From assembly GCF_009914755.1 (NCBI RefSeq), contig NC_060930.1: a DNA stretch of 64,000 nucleotides; one strand, written 5' to 3'. How positions within the stretch are numbered: the first letter of the stretch is position 1; each line of letters starts with the position of its first letter. The notes beneath the pieces were generated by a model. That model ran no database searches. It was not told where the DNA came from and worked only from the letters and a program-made list of their open reading frames with translations. Made by a program: the position numbers and the translations under genes. Positions 41,155 to 53,610 of this stretch are shown in pieces. This stretch comes from the human T2T-CHM13v2.0 reference genome, Homo sapiens.

Positions 41155-44150
41155 TATCCTTTTTTAAAATGTTAATATTTATCACAGGTCTTAAATGTTC
41201 AGTTGGTGTTTTTAACAATCATATGCATGTGTGCAAACATCATCCAAATCAAAATAGAGAATGTTTCCATCACTGGACAAAGTAATCTAGGGTTCCTTTT
41301 CAGTCAACCCCTATTCTACAGAGGCAACCACTTTTTAAGTTCCATCTCTATAGATTAGTTTTGCCTGTCCTTGGAATTTTAACGAATGGCATAATACAGT
41401 ATGTTTTCTTTTGTGTCTGGCTTTTTGCACTCAATATAATGTTTTTGAAATCATTTCATGTTGTTGAGTTGATCATTGTTTGTTCCTTCTTATTGGTATA
41501 TTACATGAATAATCCACAAATTATGTAGTCATGTTCCTGATAAAGAACATTTGGTTTGTTTTTGTTTTTTGGCTATTATGAATAAGACTATTATCAACAT
41601 CTTGTAAAAGATGTTGTACGGTCGTATGTTTTTCATTTTCTTGGGTAAATACCTAGGAGTGCAATTACCGGGTTAAGGGTAAGTACGTGTCTAACTTTAT
41701 AAGAAACTGCCAAACTTTTTTTCAGCATGATTGGCCCACTCCCGTGAGCAATGTACTACAGTTCCATGTGTTCCACATCCTTGCAAAAATTTGGTATTAC
41801 CGGGCTTCTTCTCTTTTAGCCAGTCTAATCAGTGTTCCATAGTGCCTCATGATAGATTTAATAGTGTTTTTCCTTGTGATTAATGATGTTGAGTACATAT
41901 TATGTTTGTTGGCCTCTTTTGAGAGGTGTATATTCAAGTCTTTTGACTATTTTATAGTGGGTTGTTTGCTTTTTATTGTTTTGTAGGAGTTACTTATATA
42001 CTTTGGGTTAGATTATTTTATGAGACATATGAGCTACAAGTATGTCTGAGGCTCGCATGTCCATGTTTAATGAAATATGTGACAAGAAGAATATTTTAAT
42101 TTGGATAAATTCTAGTTTATCAATTTGTTTTCCTTTCATCTTGTCTGAGAAATATTTGCCTATCTCTAAGTCACAAAAGTAGTCTCATATGTTTTCTGCT
42201 AATAGCTAGATTACTAAAAATTAGTTTTCTGTATATGTGTGAGTCTGTTACTAGACTCTTTATTTTGTTACACTGATTCATTTTTCTTCTTGACACCAAC
42301 ACCACACTGCCTTGATTACTGTGACAATATAAGTTTTGAAATCATGTAACGCTAGCTCTCCAACTTTGTTCTTTTTCAGAGGTGTTTTGGCTACTCTAGC
42401 TAGGTACTGTGCATTTTATACAAATTTCTGAACAAACTTGTCAATATCAATTTCTGCCAGAAAAACAACTCTGAGATTTTAGTAAGGCTGTACATACACC
42501 ATACATCCATTTAAGGATAATTGACAGCTTAAACATTTTGAGACTTCTGACAGATGAACAAGTTATAACCTTCCTACATATTTAGGTCTTCTTTAATTTT
42601 TCTCAGGAATGTTTTGTAGTTTTTACTCTACAAACATTGGAAATCTTACGACAAATCTCTTCCTTCAATGTTATTGTAAATGTTATAGTAAATGTCTCAT
42701 ACATTTTAAGTTACTGTAACTAATTTACTTTTAATCATTATAAAAGTATTTTAATTCATCAGACTTATGCTTCTTGAGTTAATGCTTTCAATTTTTTTGT
42801 CTTTTCTGTGTCTTTTTTGAGTAACTTTCTATGTGGATTATAATGAGTTTAATTTTAAACTTTTGAGAAGATTTTCTGGTATTAATTATTTTTATAGCTT
42901 TTAATGTTTTTTAAAAATTGTTTTGAAATAACTTTACCACTGAATATTAAAAGAAGAATGAAACTTATTATGTAACACAACACTACATAGGAGGAGAATT
43001 TAACATCCTTTTAGCTCCTGTATCCCATTTTATAGTGTTTAGATGTATTACTTAACATTTTAAATGTTATTTTTATATACAGTATGAATACCATTTCAAT
43101 AATTAATTTTTAACATTTAGATTTATGATACTTATAAGGCATTTATAAAAATTATTTTGAATTATCTTCACACTGAACTGGCTTAAATAATCAATTCTTT
43201 GATATCTTGATTTGTTCATTTCATGTTTTCTCTTTTGAGTTATTTCCCAGGTAACTAAAGTAGCATATTTTATCACCTTGTTCTTATAGCAAAAACAGAT
43301 GTTCTATATATTTCGATTGCCTTCACAAAAGAAAAAATCTTGCCTTTTAAATTATTTCATAAAAACTTTTCTTCTGAAAATTCAGTAGATTCTCTAAAGA
43401 AGCCCTTATAGCCTTCTAATTACTCTTATAATGTTTTAGAAGAGAGATCTAAAATCAGCCATGTTTTACTTTTTTTAGATTATCAGTATATTTTTCCATT
43501 AGGATACATACAAAATTTTTCCTCTTGATTTCTCTATTTCAGAATTTTGTCCTAATGGATTTTTGTCTGGTTACTTTTTAATTAATTTTGCTTGGGATGT
43601 AAGGAGACCTTTTGATTGGGAAACATTTATCACTTTTTCTCAAAATGTTTTCTTTGGTTATATTATTGATTATTGCACTAATTCTTTTTTTCTTCTCTTA
43701 CTAAATAATATTACTATTCTAAAGGCATGATGTAAGTTATTTTTATTCAATGTCATTCGCCTTTTTCCAAACTATCTGTCCTATTGTCTAAATTCTTGGA
43801 GAGCTTCTTCAGTTTGTCACCAGTATCAAAAAATTCAGTCTTGCTGAGTATTCATTTGGCTCCTTGCTCTCTTTGATGAAGATTTTATTTCTGCTATTAT
43901 ATTTATTGTGTTCTTACAATCTTTTCTTTTTAAATCTCGCTCATCTCCCTTTCCATCATAATACCTCTTTGCTTTGTTCTTTGGAATTCCTCTCACATAT
44001 TTCTCAGTGGTGTCATTATACATTCTACGGAGACTACTCAGGGTTTCCTAAAACTTTATTCTGCCTTCACTAGCAGAAATCATACGTGAAAATATTGTCA
44101 GTGTTTTGAATCTTTGTAATGATGTTTCTTTTTTTATTTCCAATGCTTTT
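41155..44150 (-). mobile_element. Old L1M (L1MB/ME-type), clear to ~42680 and highly decayed beyond
   Basis: Reverse L1 ORF2 and 3' UTR (cttgggtaaatacctaggagtgcaatt; ctaactttataagaaactgccaaac; accacactgccttgattactgt). T-rich. Confidence 0.8.
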
Positions 44151-44502
44151 TATCAGTTGTCTCAATCAATTCAGGCTGCTATTGCAAAAATATTATATAA
44201 AAATATAATAGACTAGGTGGCTTAAACAACAAATATTCATTTCTCATAATTCTGGAGGGTGAGAAGTCCAATATTAGGGACTGGTAGATTCAGCTTCTGG
44301 TGAGGCTCCACTACCTGGTTCATAGACGGTCATCTTTCCACTGTGTCCTCACATGGCAGAAGGGACAAGAGTGCTCTCTGGGGTATTTTTCATAAGGGAA
44401 CCAACCCCATTCATAGGGGCTCCACCCTTATGACATATTCACCTCCCAGAGGCCCCAAATTCTAATACCATCACCTTGGAGCTTATAAATTCAAAATAGG
44501 AA

Positions 44503-45583
<1,081 letters not shown>

Positions 45584-46990
45584 ATTCAACATAGGAACAT
45601 TTACAGGGACACAAACATTCAGTCTGTGATACCAGACTTGATGGATTTCATATTCCTACTTCATACATCCTATAATCAGAAGATTTCTAGCCACAAATGA
45701 TATTTTCCAATAAAAATGGTTTGTATCTTTCTCTTGTCCCCACTCAATGTCATTTTGGGTATTGGAAGAATCCTTTTATTAATTTTAACCTGGAAGACAT
45801 AATTGTGGTCATTCTTCCTAGTAAAATTTCTATAATCATGTATGCATTTAACTTAACGTTATTCTGTTTAATTATTTGGAGTTAATTGTATCTCTGCTAT
45901 TTCTTTCATGCTCTAAGCCTACTGAATACACAGCAAGAAAACAAAAATGACCAATTTTCTGCTCTCAATGCTCTTTTTGTTCTATATCTTAATCAGCCAT
46001 GGTCTACTTCCTGGAACCATACGTGTCAGGGCACAATATACTACAACTAATCCTGTTTCCCATTTACACCAGTTGATACTCCACCTCATGTTTTTCCCTG
46101 TAAGTTTCAGTTTCTAAATGAATATACACGAGGAGGTGCCGGTGAGGGAGGAGAATAAGAGTGAGTACGCTGGTTGCTTCAAGCACACATTCATGAAGCA
46201 AACAATTAACTTTCAATGGTACAAATGCAAAACCTCAAAACCTTTCTGCTATTGTATTTATTGTGTTCTTGCAATCTTTTTAAAAATCTCACTCATCCCC
46301 TTTTCCATCATAATACCATATCAATGGTGGAATTAGTGGTTCACCTTTTCAGGTTGGCAATTTTTCTTGGTTTCTGGAATGTGTTCATCACATTCTCTGT
46401 TAAGCTCCACAGTAATCTTAGCTAACGCAATTTGATCTTAGATTTTGCAAAAATGGACTGGTACTTTTTGCTTTTATTTTTGTTGTCAGTTTTTGTTGTT
46501 GTTATTTTTTTTCCTGTGTCCTCATAAGGATTTTAGGAAAAAACCAGAACTATTATGTTAGGGACAGATTATCTGACCACATTTTAAAATAGAAGGCCAT
46601 TAGAATCCTTCTTCATTGCCATTGAAAGCCTTCATTCATTTATTTCACATTAATCTGTCAGCAACCACATACATAACATTTGACTTTCTGACCTTCCCTT
46701 ACTCATATCGTCAGTACAAAGCGAAATTAATCACTGCTTCTGAATAAGATAGCCTCTGATTTTTCACTATTCAGCACACCACGGTGGAAGTCTTATAGAG
46801 AAAACACTCCCTCTGAAACCATTTCACCAATGTCAGAGAAAGAGAGAATACTCTTTTTACAACACACGCACACCTTTGAAATACTATAGGTTCAGTTCCT
46901 GACCACTGCAATAAGCTAATATAACAATAAAGCAAGTCACACGAATTTTTTGGCTTCTCAGTGCATATGAAAATTAGGTTTACACTATAA

Positions 46991-47715
46991 CATCTAACAC
47001 CAGTCAAACTAGCTATTATTAAAGAGTCAAAAAATAATAGATGCAGGTGAGGCTGTGGAGAAAAGAGAATGCTTATACACTGTTGGCAGGAATGTAAGTT
47101 AATTCAGCTACTGCAGAAAGCAGTTTGAACATTTCTCAAAGAACTTAAAATAGAACTAACATTTGACCCAGCAATTCCATTACTCAGTGTATACCCAAAG
47201 GAAAATATAAAGTTCTACCAAAAAGACACATGTTCATCACAGCACTAGTCACAATAACAAAGACATGGCATCAACCAAGGTGCCCATCAACAGTGGATTG
47301 GAAAAAGAAAATGTGGCACATATACACCATGGAATACTATGCAGCCATGAAAAAGAATCAAATCATGTCCATTGTAGCAATATGGATGCAGCTGGAGGCC
47401 ATTATCCTAAGCAAATTAACACAGAAATAGAAAGTCAAATACAGCATGCTCTCACTTATAAGTAGGAACTAAACATTGGGTACACACAGACATAAAGATG
47501 GGACCATAAGACACTTGAGTTTACTAAGGGGAGAGTGGGGACAAGGGCTGGAAACCTACCTAGTGAGTACTATGCTGACTACTGGGGTGGTGGGATCATT
47601 TACACCCCAAACCTCAGTGTCATGCAATACACTCATGTGACAAACCTGCCCATGTACCTCTTGAATCTAAAACACACACTGAAATTATAAAAATCAAAAC
47701 AACAACAACAAACTA
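46991..47715 (+). mobile_element. L1 (PA16/17 or PB-like) 3' fragment inside Tigger1
   Basis: ORF2 C-terminus (MFITALVTITKTWHQPRCPS..WHIYTMEYYAA), 3' UTR and (AAC)n tail. Confidence 0.93.
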
Positions 47716-48419
47716 ACCTACTCTTTGATTCATAGGCTACAGAATGGAAGTTATGCTAGCAGGCATGAAAACAACATTAATCTCCTCGTACATCTCCGTC
47801 AGAGATCTTAGGTGACCAAGTGCATTGTCAATGAGCAATAATATTTTGAAAAAACTCTTTTTTCTGAGCAGCAGTTCTCAAGAGTGGACTTAGAATACTT
47901 AGTAAACCATATTACAAACAGATATGCTGTCATCTAGGCTTAGTTGTTCCATTTATAGAGCACAGGCAGAGTAGCTTTAACATTATTTTTAAGGGCCATA
48001 GGAATTTTTGGATGGTAAATGAGCATGGGTTTCAACTTAATTCACCACCTACATTAGCCTCTAACCAGAGAGTCAGCCTGCCCTTTGAATCTTTGAAGCC
48101 AGGCATGGACTTTCTTCTCTAGCTATGAAAGTCCTAGATGGCATCTTTCAATAGAAGGATGTTTCATATACATTGAAAATGTGTTGTTTAATGTACCCCC
48201 CTTCATCAATTATCTTAGATGTGCTGGATAACTTGCTGCAGCTTCTCCATCAGCACTTGCTTTTATGTTTTGGAGATGGCTTCTTTCCTTAAATATCATG
48301 AATCAACCTCTGCTAGCTCCAACTTTTCTTCTGCAGCGTTCTCACCTCTCTCAGCCTTCATAGAATTGAAGAGAGTTAGAGCCTGTGAATTAGGCTTTGA
48401 CTTAAGAAAATGTTCTGCC

Positions 48420-48724
<305 letters not shown>

Positions 48725-49547
48725 CTAGTTTGATCTTTAATTCAGACCACTAAAACTTTCTCCACATCAGCAATATGTTTATTTTGCTTTCCTGTCATTC
48801 GTGTGTTCACTGGAATAGTACTTTTAATTTCTTTCAAGAACTTTTCCTTTACATTCACAACCTGGCTAATTGTTTGGCACACAAGGCCTAGCTTTTGGCC
48901 CATCTCAGCTTTTGACATGACTTCCTCACTAAGCTTCATCATTTGTAGTTTTTAATTTAAAGGGAGAGATGTGTGACTCTTTCTTTCACTTGCACATCCA
49001 GAGGCTATTGTGGGGTTGTTAGTTGGCCTAATTTTAACACTATGTCTCAGGACTGGGGATGCCCCAGGAGAGGGAGTGAGATAGAGGAGTGGCCAGTTAG
49101 TAGAGCAGTCAGAACACACACATTTATCCATTAAGTTCACCGTCATATATGGGTGTGATTTGTGACACCCCAGGACAATTACAATAGCAACAGCAAAGAT
49201 CACCAATCACAGATCACCAAAAAAATATAATAATGATTAAAAAAAGTTTGAAATACTACCAGAATTATCATAATGTGACATGGAGACAAGAAGTGAGTAC
49301 ACGCTGTTGGAGAATTGGTACCAATAGACTTGCTTGAAGCAGAGTTTCCACAAACCTTCAGTTTGTAAAAAACACAATATCTGCAAAGAGCAATAAAGCA
49401 AAATGCAATAAAATGAGGTATTCCTATGTTTGAGTGTAATGGAACAGTTTATATTCTCTTTACTTTCCTCTCATTGTTTTTACAGCCATTAATCATATTT
49501 CAGCATTACCAGTAGAGACCTCTTGCCATCTTGGTGAGGTATGGAAG

Positions 49548-49690
49548 GAACTAGTGTGGCGGACTCAAAAGGACACTGAATTAGTATTGTAAAAATTTAA
49601 GCTAATCCTGGCTCTGTTACTAACAAGGTTTGTGACCTAGGTCAATCACTTAATCCCACTAGCTCTCAGTTTTTTCATCTATAAAATCAT
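49548..49690 (+). mobile_element. MIR
   Basis: aatcctggctctgttactaac...tgtgacctaggtcaatcacttaa...ctcagttttttcatctataaaat. Confidence 0.85.
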
Positions 49691-49989
49691 TTTCCCTTTC
49701 AACTCTCCTTCTATAATGAAAGAAAAATATTACACAAATTCTCATGGAGTGAAAGCCATTATCAAGGTACATCAGATTATCCAGTTATGCCACACATTTC
49801 CAAATATCGTAGTTTATATAACCCCAACTTTCAGATCAACTCTTTCTTCATGTGACAGAGTTTCTCTGAGCTCAGAGGCTCAGTATTAAATTAGCCTAAT
49901 ATCTCTTTCCATTATAACTCTACAGTGCAATTCTAGCTGTTAGACTCTTAACTTTTTGGACCAATTTCTGCCTTGATTCATTTTCCTGT

Positions 49990-50138
49990 CCTAACTTCAT
50001 GCACCTGTGACCTGAACATTGCCTGGTGCCCGACATTTGGCTTAATGCTCTGCTGTTGGTGTCTTGAATTTCTTAAGAATTTTATATCTGAACTTGTATT
50101 TTGGGAGTGAAGTCCTTTGGGACCATGGAACATGTATG
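49990..50138 (+). mobile_element. hAT-Tip100 (MER91/Zaphod-like) terminal fragment
   Basis: tggcttaatgctctgctgttggtgtcttgaatttcttaagaatttt. Confidence 0.65.
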
Positions 50139-50139
50139 T

Positions 50140-50490
50140 TGTCTTAGGCAGTTTGGGCTGCTATAACAAATTCTCACAGATTGGATGGCTTGAACACAAA
50201 CATTTATTTGTCATAGTTCTGGAAATCCAAGACCAGGATGCCAGCATGGTCCGGTTCTTGTGAGGGCCCTATTACAGGTTGCAGACAACCAACTTTTCCT
50301 TGTATATGTACATGGCAGAAAGAGAATAAGCTAGCTTTCTGGGCTGTTCTTACAAGAGCACTAATCCCATTCCCAAAAGCCCCATGCTATGACTTAAAGG
50401 CCCTACTCTAAATACAAACACATAGGGATTAGGGTCCTGTCATATGAATAAATGAATTTGGGGGTAACACCAACATTCAGCCAATTCACA
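50140..50490 (-). mobile_element. MLT1A-type MaLR solo LTR
   Basis: tgtcttaggcagtttgggctgctataacaaa...aaacatttatttgtcatagttctgga...caacattcagcc. Confidence 0.9.
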
Positions 50491-51029
50491 TAGGAACAGA
50501 GGAGATATGCACAATGTACATGTCCACCATCCCTTGCAGACCCATTTTCACAGAGCATTCAGGATACTCCATTGGCCCAGAATTCTGGAGAGCACATGAT
50601 CCAGGGGAGTTCAGCGAGACCCAGAGCATATAAGGTAAACATGTTACATCTGCAACTGGGTAAGGCAGGCTGGGGAGATAGGGATCCCTGACTCCAAGAG
50701 TCTCTTTATATTCTAACCAGAACTTGCTTGTAATGCCGAAAGAAGTCAGGGACACGCTAAGAAATAAATGAATAAGGAACCCCCTCATGATCTTTCTTAC
50801 ATTTTATTTTCTTGTATTAACCAACCATTTATGCTGAAAAAGGATAAAATTCAAGGAAAGGGAAAGATATGGCAACACGTAGTCCTCTTTTGTTTCCTTC
50901 TTAATCCTTCTTTACTCATCGGTAAACTCAGAGGTACAGAGTTTTGGTAGAATGTGGGCATATAAAGAAGTCAAAAGTAGTTTCGTATCGCGTTTCCACT
51001 GCCTGGTAAGAAGAGAATACATGTGCACA

Positions 51030-51147
51030 CATGAACCTGTTCTTAATGAAGACTCTTGGGCCCCACTTTTAACCTACAAAATCAAAACCTGCAGTTTAAC
51101 AGGCCTCCAAGGTGATTTGAAAGGACTTTAATATTTGAGAAGCATCA
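51030..51147. mobile_element. MER5A-like hAT MITE fragment
   Basis: ctcttgggccccac...ctgcagtttaacaggcctccaaggtgatt...tttgagaagcatc. Confidence 0.65.
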
Positions 51148-51924
51148 GCCTCAATTTAAAATGATTTTTAAATGGTGGGATGGAGACAGAGAGAGAGAGA
51201 GAGAAAGGAAGAATGAGAGGGAGGGAGAGGAAAAAGAAAGTAAAAGAAAAGCACCGCTAAAAGTCTTTTATTTCATCCATATTTAGTCTGAAGCCGGGGA
51301 CTTTGTTCCATCGTTTCCTTTACTCACTTTTCTTCTTTTTGTTTTGTTTTTTCCAAGTCTTTTTGTTGCTGTTGTTATTATACTGAAGAGCTACATGAGA
51401 CAGAGAGCTTGGCAGCCTTCCCACAATCCTCAGCATGTGGGAATAGCAAGTAATAAAGTGTTCGCCCTGCCAACTGGTGGTTCCATGTAAATGTCTCTGT
51501 TAACAACCAACACTGCTGCTAGCAGCCATCGGAGCAAAGCGGCAAATCTGTTCCTCTCTCTGGTGTGGAAAACACTACCGAAAAAGTCACCTAATTACTT
51601 GATTAAGATATATCAATCCTGGAAATTGTTGATCTAGAACATTGAGTCTCTGACATTTAGTTCATTCTTGATTAAACAGAATAGTTTCCACCTGACTCTT
51701 TGTGTTATCTCCCAGTACTGTGTGCCATGCCTAGAATTCTAACAGAAGAACCTTTTTTTTGGGGGGAGAGAGAGAAAAAAAGTACAGTTTGCGGTCAGAT
51801 CCTTTCAGCTGTTTTAGTACAGACCTTCAATAAGCCCCTGTGTTAATAATGGGAAAGATAGATGACCCAGAAAGACTAAGGCTCTCTATAAGCCTCTGAT
51901 AATAATTGAGAAAATCATTATTTC

Positions 51925-52232
51925 TTTTTTTTTTTTTTTTTTTTTTTTTTGAGACGGAGTCTTGCTCTGTCGCCCAGGCTGGAGTGCAGTGGCGCAATCT
52001 CGGCTCACGGCAAGCTCCACCTCCCAAGTTCACGCCATTCTCCTGCCTCAGCCTCCTGAATAGCTGGGACTACAGGCGCCCGCCACCGCGCCCGGCTAAT
52101 TTTTTTGTATTTTTAGTAGAGGCGGGGTTTCACCATGTTAGCCAGGATGGTCTCGATCTCCTGACCTCCTGATCCACCCGCCTCAGCCTCCCAAAGTGCT
52201 GGGATTACAGGCGTGAGCCACCGCGCCCTGCC
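51925..52232 (-). mobile_element. AluY, full length, CpG-rich
   Basis: AluY diagnostics (caagctcc, cacgccattctcc, ttagccaggatggtctcgatc); TSD cattatttctttt at 51916 and 52233. Confidence 0.97.
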
Positions 52233-53412
52233 CATTATTTCTTTTAAGCATCCTAATTCTCTTATTTTGAAAAACACTGAGAATTTTCTCCCATACCTAG
52301 GCTACAAAAACCCAGTCCCACCCCACCCTATTGAAATGCATCATTGAGGAGGATTTCTTCCTGTACCTTCTCACATCCAAATTTATTTCCATTTCTTTCT
52401 CCCCACAAGATGCAGTTTATCTGATTCAGTCATTATCCACCTGAGGCAGGAGTGGATGCAATTTAGTGGCAAGCTGCTTCTTTTGGTCATGATGCCGCAC
52501 CACCACTTTAAGAGCATCAGGTAGCCTACCTTCAGGGATCACCAGCACCAAGAATTGAATAATAATGAAAAAGTTCTTCCAAAGATTGAATTTTCTTTGA
52601 AAGCTACAGTGAGAGGAATGAAGACCAGGATAACACCCCCAAGAAGCCATATTGTGTGTTAGTTATTTCAAAGAAGCGGTTACTATTTGCAACTAAAATA
52701 AATGGGCCTCATTTTACTCCCAGAAACACCTTCCTTAATTTAAAAAGAATGAACATTTGCTGTTATTATCAACTTCTGGTTGACATTCAAGTAGGGCTGT
52801 TTACCATAATTCCATGGTTTCTTCTTCATATGACCGTCTGGCTATTGTCACATAAATAAAAACCCAGAGAAGACTGTTTAGAATGATCCCGGCTTTCTTT
52901 CTACTTCTGAAACATAATGAACCAGGTAGCAAGTCAGTATCATCTGGGACTGCACATACATCCAGAAAAGTAACCCTGTTTAGCCCAGTGCCAAAGCACC
53001 ACATCCAATCCATCCATGTGATCTCGGGCTTTAAAGAGAAGTGAGTTTATTTGGTGCTATCATAAAACTAGAATCCAGAAGAAAAAATGAGCCTTCAGTG
53101 GCTCAGTTTTAGCACCATAGGACACAAATTTGTTTCAGCTGGCACAAAGAGAGATGTATAAGCTAGAATAATTTCCATTTTACCAAAGGAATAGATAGAG
53201 CTTTCAGAGTCAAGTCATTGCTCTCCTATCCCATATAGAAATGATATAAGAGCAAAGTGTAGTATATCTTGACCACTGTAGTATTAGAGTTCTAATAGAA
53301 CTAATTATATATTTATAAAATTTATTATATATTTATAATTTATATAATATATATAATTTATATATATTCTATTAGAACTAATAAAATAGGTCTAATTTTG
53401 TTCTAATTAGAC

Positions 53413-53610
53413 TCTTTTGTTCACTTAAAGGTAGGAGAAGCCCAAAGTGTCCTAGTAGCAATCTTAATTTCCAGTTTAATGGAATCATTGTTGTGTCTCC
53501 TGGTAGTAGCATTCCTCCCTCTGGAACTAAGACCTCTAGGCCAGCAGAATGTAATATCACAGGAACAGGAAGCAAAAATTTTGCAAGTGGATAACTAGGG
53601 GTAATGGTGA
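53413..53610 (-). pseudogene. HERV-L dUTPase remnant, truncated
   Basis: SAGLEVLVPEGGMLLPGDTTMIPLNWKLRLLLGHFGLLLP in ORF 53378-53743, downstream of integrase as is typical of ERV-L. Confidence 0.85.

Noticed and set aside
52380-52660. Possible exon (pyrimidine tract then AG near 52409, cag/gtag near 52520) and a 74-aa minus-strand ORF
   Set aside because: Splice signals are weak and the peptide is unrecognisable; a lncRNA exon cannot be excluded without RNA data.
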